The notes below the pieces were generated by a model. That model was given only the letters and a program-made list of their open reading frames with translations. It did no database searches and was not told the DNA's origin. From NCBI GenBank assembly GCA_963786955.1, contig CAWBAT010000004.1:840678-904677 (forward strand): 64,000 nt of DNA. Reading direction: 5' to 3'. The translations under genes and the position numbers were made by a program. Below are positions 20,460 to 30,948 of the stretch, piece after piece; the stretch's first letter is position 1, and each line of letters opens with the position of its first letter. Origin of the DNA: an uncultured Acidimicrobiia bacterium. GTDB taxonomy: Bacteria; Acidobacteriota; Terriglobia; Versatilivoradales; Versatilivoraceae.

Positions 20460-21650
20460 TCAATGCTTTTGTGGCTGCAACTCTTTTTGTGCCAACTTCT
20501 TTTGATAAGCCGATTTCAGCTTTTCAACCGCTTCCCGCTTTTCCGCGTCCGTCAGCTGAATTTGCGTGGCCAGCACAACACTCATTGTTCCCGTGGGGTT
20601 TGCTAGAAAATCTTCCAATGTTCTTCCAAATCGGCGCTGGACATCGGCCACGGCATCAGACAGATCCGGACCGATCTTGGCAGCGGATTCAATGCCCAGC
20701 GTGCTGACTGAATGACAAACGAAGCAGCGGTGGGTCACAAAGAATGCTCCTTCGCCACTCATCATCTGCTTTTCTTTTTCCAACTCTTCGGCAGTGGGAC
20801 GATCTACAGGTTGGGCTCCCGGAAGATATCGGGTGGGCACGGTCTTATCCTTCCAGCTGAGGATCAAGAGGGCCAAGGCCTGAGCATCCGAACTCGTGAA
20901 TCCGAAATTGGGCATGACCGTCTCAGGGACAAGCGCTTTAGGGTTCTGAAGGTGTGCGACGTGCCAGGCAAAGGCCGACTTCACTCCGTACATGTGCGAA
21001 TAGTCATATTGTTCAGGGGACTTGGCACCGACATTGGTCAAATCCGGTCCAATGACCCCTCCTCTGCCGTTGATGGCGTGGCAGGCCCGGCAACTTTTTT
21101 CACTGACTATTTGCTTAGCCCGATTTAAGGCATCGGCTCCTTTGGTCTCACGATCATAGCGGTGACATTGATTACAATTCATCTGGAGCAAGATTTTCTT
21201 GTCTTTCACCGTGTAGCGCTCTGCAATGTCCTTACCCAGGACTGGTTCTTCCCAATGTTCCACCAGGCCATGAGCCGGCTTCCTATCGGTCGAATAACCC
21301 TGACCCCCATGACAAGATGTACAGCCGTATTCCTGAACGGGATGTTTTTGCAGAATCTCGCGCGGGTGAGTTCTGAAAGGGTGCGGCGCATTTTCCAGTC
21401 CCTTCCAGTCGATACCTTGATGGCAGGTAATACAGCGATCCACAATTCCCAGGTCTTTGGCCCAGATTTGCTGAAGCCCGCTGGGAATGAAGGCCGCTTT
21501 CTGCTGGCCAAACTTTTGGCTCACCAGAGTCTTAAACTCATCTTGATAGTCTTTCCACTCCGGTTGGAAGTATCCCCAGCCAACAAAAACCATCACCAGC
21601 AGCGTGGCAGCTCCAAATGAGTAAAGCCAGATAAGGTCTTTTCGGTACAC
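20460..21650 (-). CDS. Membrane-anchored pentaheme cytochrome c
   Basis: Five CxxCH motifs (CITCH, CTSCH, CNQCH, CRACH, CFVCH); N-terminal TM; GTG start with a GGGAG RBS. Confidence 0.9.
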   Translation of the reverse strand: MYRKDLIWLYSFGAATLLVMVFVGWGYFQPEWKDYQDEFKTLVSQKFGQQKAAFIPSGLQQIWAKDLGIVDRCITCHQGIDWKGLENAPHPFRTHPREILQKHPVQEYGCTSCHGGQGYSTDRKPAHGLVEHWEEPVLGKDIAERYTVKDKKILLQMNCNQCHRYDRETKGADALNRAKQIVSEKSCRACHAINGRGGVIGPDLTNVGAKSPEQYDYSHMYGVKSAFAWHVAHLQNPKALVPETVMPNFGFTSSDAQALALLILSWKDKTVPTRYLPGAQPVDRPTAEELEKEKQMMSGEGAFFVTHRCFVCHSVSTLGIESAAKIGPDLSDAVADVQRRFGRTLEDFLANPTGTMSVVLATQIQLTDAEKREAVEKLKSAYQKKLAQKELQPQKH

Positions 21651-21682
21651 GACTGCTCCCTGATCGGTGAAATGGACAAAGG

Positions 21683-22999
21683 CTAGAACGTTCGTGGTAT
21701 TTCCGGCCAGGCCTGCCAAGGCCAATAGAAATCCCAGTAAGGTCCTCGCATGAATGTCCCAACGATAGTCAAAATAGCAACACACAGCACAACAATCAGA
21801 AAAACAATAATCTGTCTCTTCCGTTCAGCGGCGAACCAGACTCCTACTGCAGAAGCTGGAGACTTGTCAAAGTACGGCCACAGAATCAATCCTAAGACGA
21901 GAATACCGGGTAACAGGACTCCTCCCAGGAGCGCTCCATTGACGGTAAAATGGCCGATTCTAAACGTGGTATCACTGACCAACTCCTGCAGCCAGAGGAA
22001 ATACCAGGGAGCTTTTGCCGGATTTGGAGTGATACTGGGGGTGGCTGGCTCCTCGAGCGGAGCTCGAAGTAGAAGTGTCAATAGAGACGTCAGAAGGAGC
22101 GTGCCGACCATGACAGCGGCAATCCGACGGGTTACGTTGGGAGAGGATTGAACTGTGTGTAAATCCTCATCGATCAGGCTTGTTTCCACGTGAACCGTGG
22201 CACCCCGAGTAATTCCCAGCAACGAATAGGTCTTGCTCTTGATCGGGATTGCTTTCTCTTTTTTCTGAGTCAGTGCCAGTTGGTCCGCGCAAGCCAGCCC
22301 GCCGTCTTTCCTCACTCTCCACATGTGATACGAAAAGAGGAGCAGAACAATTAGAGGCAGAAAGAAACAGTGCAAGACGTAGAACCTCAATAGCGTGTTT
22401 TGGTCGATGGTGGACCCACCCAGCAACAGGAAACGCATCCACTCCCCGACGATGGGCGCAGAGCTGGCGATATTCGTCCCCACGGTGATGGCCCAATACG
22501 CCAGCTGATCCCAAGGTAGTAAATAACCGGTAAACGAGAGGAAAAGTGTGACCAAGAGCAACACCACCCCGATCACCCAGTTTAAGGGCCGGTTTTGATT
22601 GGCTGCGGCTCCGTTCTTGTAGGCACCCGCCAAAAAAACCCTGACCATATGGAGAAACACAACAGCAACCATCAAATGGGCTGAGATTCGATGCAGGCCG
22701 CGCAGGAACCATCCAAACGAAACCACGAACTCCAGATCCTTAACGGAAAGATAGGCGCGCTCAACCGAAGGAACATAGAGGAACATCAGAACAGTTCCCG
22801 TTAGCGTGAGAATCAAGAAAAGAACGGCGGAGATAGTTCCTAGCCAAAACGAATAGCTCCAGGAAAGGCTTCGTTTGGTAATTTTTGCCGGAAACCAGTG
22901 GAGTAGAAAATTACGGACAATGGAATCACCGGCTTCCCGCTCACTCGAAGGTTGCCAGCTCCACTTGATTTTTTGCCAGGCAGTTTGTTTCGTTGGCAT
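21683..22999 (-). CDS. Cytochrome b of a Rieske/cytb complex (fused b6 plus subunit IV type, APWY Qo motif)
   Basis: LH..(13)..H and LH..(14)..H heme ligands, [31 protein letters not shown]. Confidence 0.93.
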   Translation of the reverse strand: MPTKQTAWQKIKWSWQPSSEREAGDSIVRNFLLHWFPAKITKRSLSWSYSFWLGTISAVLFLILTLTGTVLMFLYVPSVERAYLSVKDLEFVVSFGWFLRGLHRISAHLMVAVVFLHMVRVFLAGAYKNGAAANQNRPLNWVIGVVLLLVTLFLSFTGYLLPWDQLAYWAITVGTNIASSAPIVGEWMRFLLLGGSTIDQNTLLRFYVLHCFFLPLIVLLLFSYHMWRVRKDGGLACADQLALTQKKEKAIPIKSKTYSLLGITRGATVHVETSLIDEDLHTVQSSPNVTRRIAAVMVGTLLLTSLLTLLLRAPLEEPATPSITPNPAKAPWYFLWLQELVSDTTFRIGHFTVNGALLGGVLLPGILVLGLILWPYFDKSPASAVGVWFAAERKRQIIVFLIVVLCVAILTIVGTFMRGPYWDFYWPWQAWPEIPRTF

Positions 23000-23046
23000 T
23001 GCTGCGATTCTCCTGTCGAGGTCCCGCCTGCCGGGAGATTCTTTTC

Positions 23047-23607
23047 TTAGACGGTCAGCCGGAAAGTACGCGGCACTTCAGTCGTGAGGTCGACGACCAA
23101 TTGTCCGTCATCTGGTGATAGCTCAAGTTTGTGATACGCCAGTGGCCGAGGGGCCGGGCCGGAATAGTTGGTCCCGTCTCCAAAGTATTTAGAGCCGTGG
23201 CACGGACAGTGAAATTCTGCCTGCTCTTCAAACTCACGCCCCCCGAAGCTGACCTTCTTGGGCTTATTTAAACGTTCCATCTTAACGGTGCATCCCAAGT
23301 GCGTGCAGACAGCCGAAATGGCATAAAAGGTATTTCGCTCCCGAAAGATGTAGACCCTTTTCTCTTCCAAAAAACGGGCCCCTTCTCCAAACTGCGCGGG
23401 GAGGCCAACCTTAGAGCGTTTTGGCTCCTCGTAAAGGACATTGGGAACCAGAGAGCGCATGAACGCATACGCCTGGGCAGCCAAAGCCAGCAAGAGGGAA
23501 CCGAGTCCCAATCGACTCAAGAAGGAGCGGCGTGCATTCTCTTTTTTCCCCTCGGGATGAACGGGAGGATTGATGGTGACTTCCGGCTGAGGATTTGGAT
23601 CAGGCAT
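23047..23607 (-). CDS. Rieske [2Fe-2S] protein
   Basis: Tat ARRSFL plus TM; CTHLGC and CPCHGS boxes; GPAPRPL. Confidence 0.95.
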   Translation of the reverse strand: MPDPNPQPEVTINPPVHPEGKKENARRSFLSRLGLGSLLLALAAQAYAFMRSLVPNVLYEEPKRSKVGLPAQFGEGARFLEEKRVYIFRERNTFYAISAVCTHLGCTVKMERLNKPKKVSFGGREFEEQAEFHCPCHGSKYFGDGTNYSGPAPRPLAYHKLELSPDDGQLVVDLTTEVPRTFRLTV

Positions 23608-25522
23608 AGGATTCTTGCTCCTCATAATGAAAGACTTCCATTGTCATGGCATCCGTAGGGCAGCGAATCGCGCAAAGGCCACAGCGGATGCACTTCTCGT
23701 CATCCTTCACCATGGCGGCAAGAGGCTGTCCCAGCTGCAAATTTGCGTTCTCCAAGATCCGCTGTTGAGCCTCCAAATCAATGTCCAGTTCCTCCAACGG
23801 CACCAGCTTGAGGCAGTATTCCGGACAGATATCGACACACCGGTTGCAAAGGACGCACTTCTCCGGGTCGTAAATCGTTTGAATATGGCAATAAAGGCAG
23901 CGTTCCGCTTGCCGCCTGGCTTCCTCTTCACTAAAACAGGACTCCACTTCAGAGATTCCGGTTCTTCGATTGAGAGAGACGGTAGGGGGAGTCTGGCGGT
24001 CGCAGGTTTCATATCCTTCTGCCATTGTGTAAGTCCGCGTTGCCAATTTCTCAACTGTGAGATTGATGACCGGCCGGCTTGCGGGGCCACGCAAATAGTC
24101 GTCAATGGAAAGTGCTGCACGCTTTCCGTTAGAGACGGCCTCAATCAAGTTCCGTGGGCCAAAGGCCACGTCTCCTCCCGCAAAGACCCCAGGACAGGAA
24201 GTCGCCAGAGTGTTCAAGTCAACCCGGATCGTTTTTTGCGGTGTAAGTTCGATCCTGTCTTCGGGTTTCAGAAAAGAAAGATCTGCTTGTTGTCCTATCG
24301 CCAGAATAATCGTATCGGCTTCAAACACTTCGCTGAGGTTGGGGTCGTACTCAGGATTGAAACGGCCGTTGTCATCATAAGTGCGATGAACTCCTATCAG
24401 CTCAACCGCCTTCAGTTTTCCGTGTTCTCCAATGAACCGCTTGGCACCCCGTTGCGGATGGAATTGAATGCCCTCGCGCAAGGCTTCTTCAAATTCTTCT
24501 TTACCCTGAGCCGTTCGCATGACTGGCATTTCTTCAAAGGATTCGAGGCTGGCGATATGGACTTCTGTCGCGCCAGCTCGGAGAGCAGATCGTGCCGCAT
24601 CCATCGCTGTATGGAGTTGACCGGAAGAATCTGGCGCTGAGGCAGCATCTTGACTCGCGCGAAGGGCCAACCTCGCCGCGTCGAAAGCCACAAATCCGCC
24701 ACCAATGACCAGAACCTTTCGTCCGAGGGTAACGCGGTACCCGTTATTGATGTTGATCAGGTAATCAATGGCTTTGATCAAACCATCCAGGTCCGCCCCT
24801 TCTACATTCAAATCCCGTCCCTTCTGTACGCCCATCGCAATGAAGATTGCTTCGTATCCCTGAGCCTTCAGCTCGCGAAGACCAAAGGCCGGAGTGAGCG
24901 GCGTATGGAGACGAATCTCGACACCGAGTTGCTCTACCCGGTCAATTTCTTTTTCGATAAGGGAGCGAGGGAGCCGGAACTCCGGGATGCCGTGAAACAT
25001 CATGCCCCCGGCTTTGTCGGAGGCTTCAAACAGGGTCACCGCATATCCCATCAGGGCCAAATCATGGGCGCAGGCAAGTCCTGAGGGTCCGGCGCCAATC
25101 ACAGCAACCTTCTGCCCGCGGCCCACTCTCTTGCGAGTTTGTTGGAGCACGGGCAAATGACCCCGTAGTTTGTTCCCCTCATCTGCCACCCCCTCAAACA
25201 ACTTTTCCTGAGTATTTGGTTCCATTGATTCGACGCCATACTTCTCCGTGACAAATCGCTTCAATCCTCGAATGGTGACGGGCGCATCAATTTTTCCCCG
25301 GCGGCAGTTGTCTTCACACGGGGCAGCACATATCCTGCCGCACACAGAGGCTAAGGGATTAGGAGAGCGGGCCACCAGATAGGCTTCTTCGTAGTTGCCT
25401 TCGGCAATGAGCTGGACGTATTTTCCCGCATCCGTCCGCACAGGACAGGCCGCCTGACAGGGGATCATCCCCTGCCAAAATGCGATATCCGGGATGATGG
25501 TTTTGTATTTCTTTTGGTTCAT
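23600..25522 (-). CDS. FAD/NAD(P)-dependent Fe-S oxidoreductase (GltD/NfnB/DsrL-like) with C-terminal 2x[4Fe-4S] ferredoxin
   Basis: PCQAACP, VCGRICAAPCEDNCRR, GAGPSG (FAD), GGGFVA (NAD(P)), FAGGD, RCLYC, CVLCNRCVDICP, CIRCGLCAIRCP; no signal peptide. Confidence 0.92.
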   Translation of the reverse strand: MNQKKYKTIIPDIAFWQGMIPCQAACPVRTDAGKYVQLIAEGNYEEAYLVARSPNPLASVCGRICAAPCEDNCRRGKIDAPVTIRGLKRFVTEKYGVESMEPNTQEKLFEGVADEGNKLRGHLPVLQQTRKRVGRGQKVAVIGAGPSGLACAHDLALMGYAVTLFEASDKAGGMMFHGIPEFRLPRSLIEKEIDRVEQLGVEIRLHTPLTPAFGLRELKAQGYEAIFIAMGVQKGRDLNVEGADLDGLIKAIDYLININNGYRVTLGRKVLVIGGGFVAFDAARLALRASQDAASAPDSSGQLHTAMDAARSALRAGATEVHIASLESFEEMPVMRTAQGKEEFEEALREGIQFHPQRGAKRFIGEHGKLKAVELIGVHRTYDDNGRFNPEYDPNLSEVFEADTIILAIGQQADLSFLKPEDRIELTPQKTIRVDLNTLATSCPGVFAGGDVAFGPRNLIEAVSNGKRAALSIDDYLRGPASRPVINLTVEKLATRTYTMAEGYETCDRQTPPTVSLNRRTGISEVESCFSEEEARRQAERCLYCHIQTIYDPEKCVLCNRCVDICPEYCLKLVPLEELDIDLEAQQRILENANLQLGQPLAAMVKDDEKCIRCGLCAIRCPTDAMTMEVFHYEEQESYA

Positions 25523-25636
25523 GGAGGAAAACCGCTTGGGATCTGGGGGTGAACGTTCCTACACCGCTTCAAATGAATGTCGGCGAAACTTGCCGGAGTT
25601 ACAGGGGGCAGTATCATGATTGGCCACAAGGAATGC

Positions 25637-25652
25637 AGTGACTTAAATCACA
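25637..25652. promoter_or_regulatory. CRP/FNR-family binding site upstream of the flavoprotein-Rieske-nos operon
   Basis: Minus strand reads TGTGA-TTTAAG-TCACT; a GATACT hexamer at 25615-25610 fits a class II (-41.5) promoter. Confidence 0.7.
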
Positions 25653-26209
25653 TGGGCCAGTAATTTGTGACACCCTATCCCCATTCTGAAAACCCAAATA
25701 CGGGCAGGGAAAGGGTAATTGAAGTGAGGTAGTTCAGAGCCGGAGTCACCAACTGGTCAGGAAACTTGTCCTTCTCCTGGACAAATAGCTGAGGAGGAAT
25801 TGCTAGAGCAGAAAACATCAGTGACAACCAGGACAAAATTTATAATTTGCAAAAGACCTTCCAAATATTGCGACCATGGGCACTTATGGCCTATGACGAT
25901 TCAGGTCTCGCATTTTGAGGACTCTTATCGAGAAGCCAGACTTCATCCTTGAACCATTGAATCGTGGGTCTTCACCCGCAAAAAGTGTGGTATATCCCCC
26001 ATCAGAAGAGTCTTTTCCATCAAATCTTCTCTCACCAATTTGCGGATCGTACTAGGACTGTTGAAGTTCCGAATAAAGACTCCCAATTCATTGATTTTGG
26101 AGAAACAACTGCCCTATCAGATCGGGGAGGGGGGTATCGATCAGAATTGCTATAGTCTTGGTTTCACTCAATTGACTCGCTTCTGACCTGATAAGGACGG
26201 ATCGCACTC

Positions 26210-27392
26210 ATGAACACAAAACAACTCAAACCCGGTGGTTCTGTCTTCATTGAAAGCAAAACCCTGGGCGAACTGATTGGGTGGCTAAAACAACAGGGAT
26301 ACTCGGTGATCGGCCCCACGATTCGAGACAATGCCATTACTCTAGGGCCTATCGACAATCTTGACGACCTTCCAATGGGTTGGACTGACGAGCAAGAGGC
26401 CGGAAGATACCGCCTGACAAAACGGGACGATAAGGCTTTCTTTGGCTATGTGGTGGGCCCGCATAGCTGGAAACGTTTTCTTCATCCACCCGAAGTGCGT
26501 TTGTTCGCGGCAACTCGTCAAAAAAAGACTTTCAGGATCCTTGATAACGAGGCCCCCCCTTCTCGCTATGCCTTCCTTGGAGTTCGGGGCTGTGATTTGG
26601 CCGCGATCAAAGCACAGGACCGTGTTCTGCTTCCAGGACAAGTTCGTTGACGCAATCTATCAAGAAAGACGCCGGGATAATTTTATTGTGGCGGTCAATT
26701 GCACCCAGGCGGCTCCTACCTGTTTTTGCACTTCAATGGGAACCGGACCCAAGGTCGAGGGAGATTTTGACCTCTGTCTGACGGAGCTCATCCTGCCCCA
26801 GTCGCACCGATTTCTGGTTGAGATAGGAAGTCCCAAGGGTGTGCAGGCCATCGAGGCTCTTGAGCACACGGAAGCCTCCGAAGACGGACGTCAGCAAGCT
26901 GCAGAGGCGGTGGAAAAAGCAGCCAACATGATCAAGAGAAAAATAGACACGTCCGGAATCCGAGAGCTCATCTACAGCAATCTGGAAAGTCCACACTGGG
27001 ACAAGATTGCGGCGCGATGCCTCAATTGCGCTAATTGTACGATGGTCTGCCCAACGTGTTTCTGCACGACGGTCCAGGACGTCACGGATTTGACCGGCGC
27101 CCACGCTGAGCGATGGAGAAAGTGGGATTCCTGCTTTAATACAGAATTCACTTACATTCATGGCGGAAGCATCCGCATTTCCGCAAAATCTCGCTATCGC
27201 CAGTGGTTTGTCCACAAATTGGCATCCTGGCACGACCAGTTCGGATCCTCCGGTTGTGTGGGCTGCGGGCGATGTATCACCTGGTGCCCCGTAGGCATCG
27301 ATATTACCGAAGAAGCCAGAGCCTTTCGCGAGGGCGAGGGAAGCCAGCCGACTTCGCGTAGTCCTGACTCTCCTCAATCTCTTTCTCCGTAA
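26210..27392 (+). CDS. hydB: Group 3b hydrogenase (sulfhydrogenase) beta subunit, 4Fe-4S; frameshift near 26635
   Basis: [52 protein letters not shown]. Confidence 0.9.
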
Positions 27393-27467
27393 TCGGAATT
27401 AGGGAATTCCTTTATTCGCGGACATCGAGTCTCGCGACTCTCAATATCAAGAAAAAGGAGAGATCTC

Positions 27468-27929
27468 ATGGAAAGCTTGGAACCCATTCTTAGAACCCAC
27501 CCCTTTTTGGAGGGCCTCGACTCCCGGTTTATGGAGTTGATCACTGGATGCGCCTCAAACGTCCGGTTCAACGCGGGGGAATTTCTGTTTCACGAAGACG
27601 AGGAAGCGAACCAGTTCTACATCATTCGCCAGGGCAGGGTTGCCGTCGAATCGCACGCCGCCGGGATGGAACCAATTATTATTCATACCGTCGAAGCGGG
27701 TGACATCCTGGGCTGGTCCTGGCTTGTCCCGCCTTACTATTGGCATTTTGATGCCAAGGCCGTTGAATTGACCCGCGCCATTGCCCTGGACGGGAAATGC
27801 CTCCGACAGAAATGTGAAAATGACCATGAGCTGGGTTATGAATTGCTTAAACGATTTACAAACATCATCACCCAGCGTCTCGAAGCCACACGAATGCAGC
27901 TTTTGGACTTTTATGGGGTGAAAAAATGA
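27468..27929 (+). CDS. Stand-alone cyclic-nucleotide-binding domain protein
   Basis: cNMP-binding fold segments FYIIRQGRV and GDILGWSWL; too short for a CRP HTH; ATGA overlap with hydG. Confidence 0.85.
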   Translation: MESLEPILRTHPFLEGLDSRFMELITGCASNVRFNAGEFLFHEDEEANQFYIIRQGRVAVESHAAGMEPIIIHTVEAGDILGWSWLVPPYYWHFDAKAVELTRAIALDGKCLRQKCENDHELGYELLKRFTNIITQRLEATRMQLLDFYGVKK

Positions 27930-28772
27930 CTACGGGAAACTTGACTCTTGATCCCATGATTCCGTTGCCTTATGTGGTAACCCGCACGGCCCAGGAAACT
28001 CACGACACTTTCACCCTGGAGTTGAAGCCGGAAAATGGCGAGCGGCAGCTTGGTTTCAGCCCGGGGCAATTTAATATGCTTTACATTTTTGGCACCGGTG
28101 AAGTCCCTATTTCCATTAGCGGAAATCCAGCCTCCTCGGATATTTTGATCCACACGACGCGGGAAGTTGGCACTGTCACCAAAACCATGCGAAAGCTGAA
28201 ACGGGGGGATAGCTCTGGGAATTCGAGGTCCCTATGGCAGCCAGTGGCCGGTTGAAGAGGCAGTTGGAGATGATGTCGTGATTATCGCCGGCGGGATTGG
28301 CTTAGCTCCGCTGCGTCCGGCACTGTACTATTTGCTCTCCCATCGGGAGAAGTATGGCAAGGTAGTCCTGCTCTATGGTACGCGCAGTCCCGACGACATT
28401 CTTTATCGTCGGGAGCTGGAAAAATGGCGCTCCCGATTAGACTTAGAAGTGTCTGTGACGGTGGACCGTGCCCTCGGAAATTGGCGAGGGAACGTAGGGG
28501 TAGTGACCACCCTGATCCCTCGAGCTCCTTTTGAGGCAACCAACACCACTGCCATGGTGTGCGGCCCCGAGATTATGATGCGCTATGTGGCTATGGAATT
28601 ACAGAAACGAGGGGTTTCCACGGACAAGATCCATGTTTCCATGGAACGAAACATGAAATGCGGCGTGGGATTCTGCGGACATTGTCAGTACGGGCCACGC
28701 TTTATCTGCAAAGACGGCCCTGTTTTCCGTTACAGCGAAGTCAAAGAATTGATATCAAAGCGGGAGATCTGA
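27926..28772 (+). CDS. hydG: Group 3b hydrogenase gamma (FAD/NAD(P)-binding) subunit; frameshift near 28210
   Basis: [51 protein letters not shown]. Confidence 0.9.
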
Positions 28773-28790
28773 ATTCAATCAGAGGAAGCT

Positions 28791-29570
28791 ATGCCTCAAA
28801 AACCTAAACCGAAACTGGCTGTTTGGAAATTTGCCTCTTGCGATGGATGTCAGCTGAGTCTCTTGGATTGTGAAGATGATCTTTTGCTGATTGCCAACCA
28901 CATCGAAATCGCCAATTTTCCGGAAGCGTCCAGTGCTGTGGTAAAAGGCCCGTATGACGTATCGTTAGTGGAGGGTTCCATTACAACAGCTCATGATGCG
29001 GAGCGCATTCATCAAGTCCGTCGGGCTTCGAAGTTCCTGATCACCATCGGAGCTTGTGCCACAGCAGGAGGGATCCAAGCGCTCAGGAACTTCAAAGATG
29101 TCAAAGAATTTATTTCCATCGTCTATGCGGTCCCTGGCTATATCGAGACTTTGAATAAGTCCACCCCGATCGCCGACCATGTCCCGGTTGATTTCGAATT
29201 ACGGGGTTGTCCCATTAACAAAACCCAACTGGTTGAAGTGATCAGTGCGTTTCTCAATGGACGAAAGCCCAATATTCCTCATTACAGCGTTTGCATGGAA
29301 TGCAAACGCAAAGGGACTCCCTGTGTCATGGTGACACAAGGGATCCCTTGTCTCGGTCCGGTGACACATGCCGGTTGCAATGCCCTTTGTCCCAGCTACT
29401 CACGGGGTTGTTATGCGTGTTATGGGCCTAAGGAAACACCGAACCCATCTTCCCTCAGCTCCTGGTGGATGGACTCTGGGATTAAAGAGGAGAAGCTCGT
29501 CCAGATGTTCCGAGGATTCAACGCCTATGCCGAACCATTCCGTCGGGAGAGCGAAGCCCATGAAAAGTAG
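28791..29570 (+). CDS. hydD: Group 3b hydrogenase delta (small) subunit
   Basis: [40 protein letters not shown]; no Tat signal. Confidence 0.92.
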   Translation: MPQKPKPKLAVWKFASCDGCQLSLLDCEDDLLLIANHIEIANFPEASSAVVKGPYDVSLVEGSITTAHDAERIHQVRRASKFLITIGACATAGGIQALRNFKDVKEFISIVYAVPGYIETLNKSTPIADHVPVDFELRGCPINKTQLVEVISAFLNGRKPNIPHYSVCMECKRKGTPCVMVTQGIPCLGPVTHAGCNALCPSYSRGCYACYGPKETPNPSSLSSWWMDSGIKEEKLVQMFRGFNAYAEPFRRESEAHEK

Positions 29571-30853
29571 AACGATTAAAGTCGACATCCTGGCCCGCGT
29601 GGAAGGCGAGGGTGCTTTGTATGTCAAAGTCAAAGACTCCAAAGTAGCCGACGTGAAACTCAGAATCTATGAGCCTCCTCGCTTCTTTGAGGCCTTTATG
29701 CGAGGACGAGACTATACCGAGGCCCCGGATATCACGGCCCGGATCTGCGGCATTTGCCCCGTGGCGTACCAAATGAGTTCCGTGCATGCTATGGAGAATA
29801 TTGCCGGCGTTCACGTCGAGGGTCCCATCCGGGAACTCCGCCGTTTGCTCTATTGCGGAGAGTGGATCGAAAGCCATGTCCTCCATATCGCGATGCTCCA
29901 CGCTCCTGACTTCCTCGGTTACCCAGACGCTTTGCAAATGGCCAAGGATCACCCGGGTATTGTCCAGTCAGCCCTGCAACTAAAAAAAATTGGCAATGAG
30001 ATCATGGCCTTGATTGGGGGCCGCGAAATTCATCCAATTAACGTTCGGGTGGGAGGATTTTATCGAGTTCCCGATCGCCAGGAATTGTTGCCTCTCGTGG
30101 AAAAACTTAAATGGGCGCGGGACACCGCTCAGGAATTGGTGCGCTGGACAGCCGGTCTGTCATTCCCGGATTTTGAAAGAGATTACGAATTCGTGGCCTT
30201 GAGCCATCCCAGTGAATACCCATTTAACGAAGGTCGGCTCGTTTCCAATAAAGGGCTTGATATCCCGATTTCTGAATATGACAACGAGTTCAGTGAAGAA
30301 CACTTGGCCCATTCCAATGCCTTGCACTCTACCCTCAAGAAACGGGGCGCCTACGTCGTCGGGCCCTTGGCAAGATTTAATCTCAACTACTCCAAGCTTT
30401 CTCCCCTCGCCCAAGAAGCAGCCCAGTCGGTTGGTTTGTCGGCTGATTGCCGCAATCCGTTCCGTAGCATCATCATTCGAGCTGTTGAAACCCTTTATGC
30501 TTGTGACGAAGCTCTTAGAATCATCGAGAATTATAAAAAGCCAGATAAGCCGGCCTATGAGGTTCCTCCAAAAGCCGGCGTGGGTTACGGATGCACGGAA
30601 GCACCCAGGGGAATTCTTTTCAATCGCTACCGAATCGGATGAGGCCGGCAAGATCCTCGATGCAAAGATCGTCCCTCCAACTTCGCAAAATCAGCGCTCC
30701 ATTGAAGAGGACCTGTGGAATTTCATTCCTTCACGGCTTAATTTGTCTGACGAGAAACTGACATTACAGTGTGAACAGGCCATCCGAAATTATGACCCGT
30801 GTATTTCCTGTGCCACTCATTTTCTAAAGTTGAAAATTGAGCGCGAATCATAG
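29560..30853 (+). CDS. hydA: Group 3b [NiFe] hydrogenase alpha (large) subunit; frameshift near 30635
   Basis: ARVEGEG; L1 [10 protein letters not shown]; EAPRG; PPTSQN; L2 [10 protein letters not shown] plus extension. Confidence 0.95.
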
Positions 30854-30878
30854 GATCTTGCAAGAACCCGTAGAACTT

Positions 30879-30948
30879 GTAGGGGCGAAGCATTCGATGA
30901 CAGAAGCTAAATCAGGTTCCACCATTCAAACGAATGCTTCGCCCTTAC
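30879..30948. repeat. GTAG-type REP element
   Basis: GTAGGGGCGAAGCATTCG...CGAATGCTTCGCCCTTAC directly after hydA. Confidence 0.78.

Noticed and set aside
23600-25522. Annotation as glutamate synthase GltD or as DsrL of sulfur metabolism
   Set aside because: There is no gltB or dsr gene in the window, the YRR motif is absent, and the gene is coupled to the Rieske gene.
25848-25863. Possible sigma54 promoter TGGAAGGTCTTTTGCA on the minus strand
   Set aside because: The spacing is right but the -24 match is weak and it lies 330 bp from the ATG; the CRP-type promoter is a better fit.
6653-30853. Selenocysteine ([NiFeSe]) hydrogenase
   Set aside because: Both L2 motifs (DPCLAC, DPCISC) use ordinary Cys codons.
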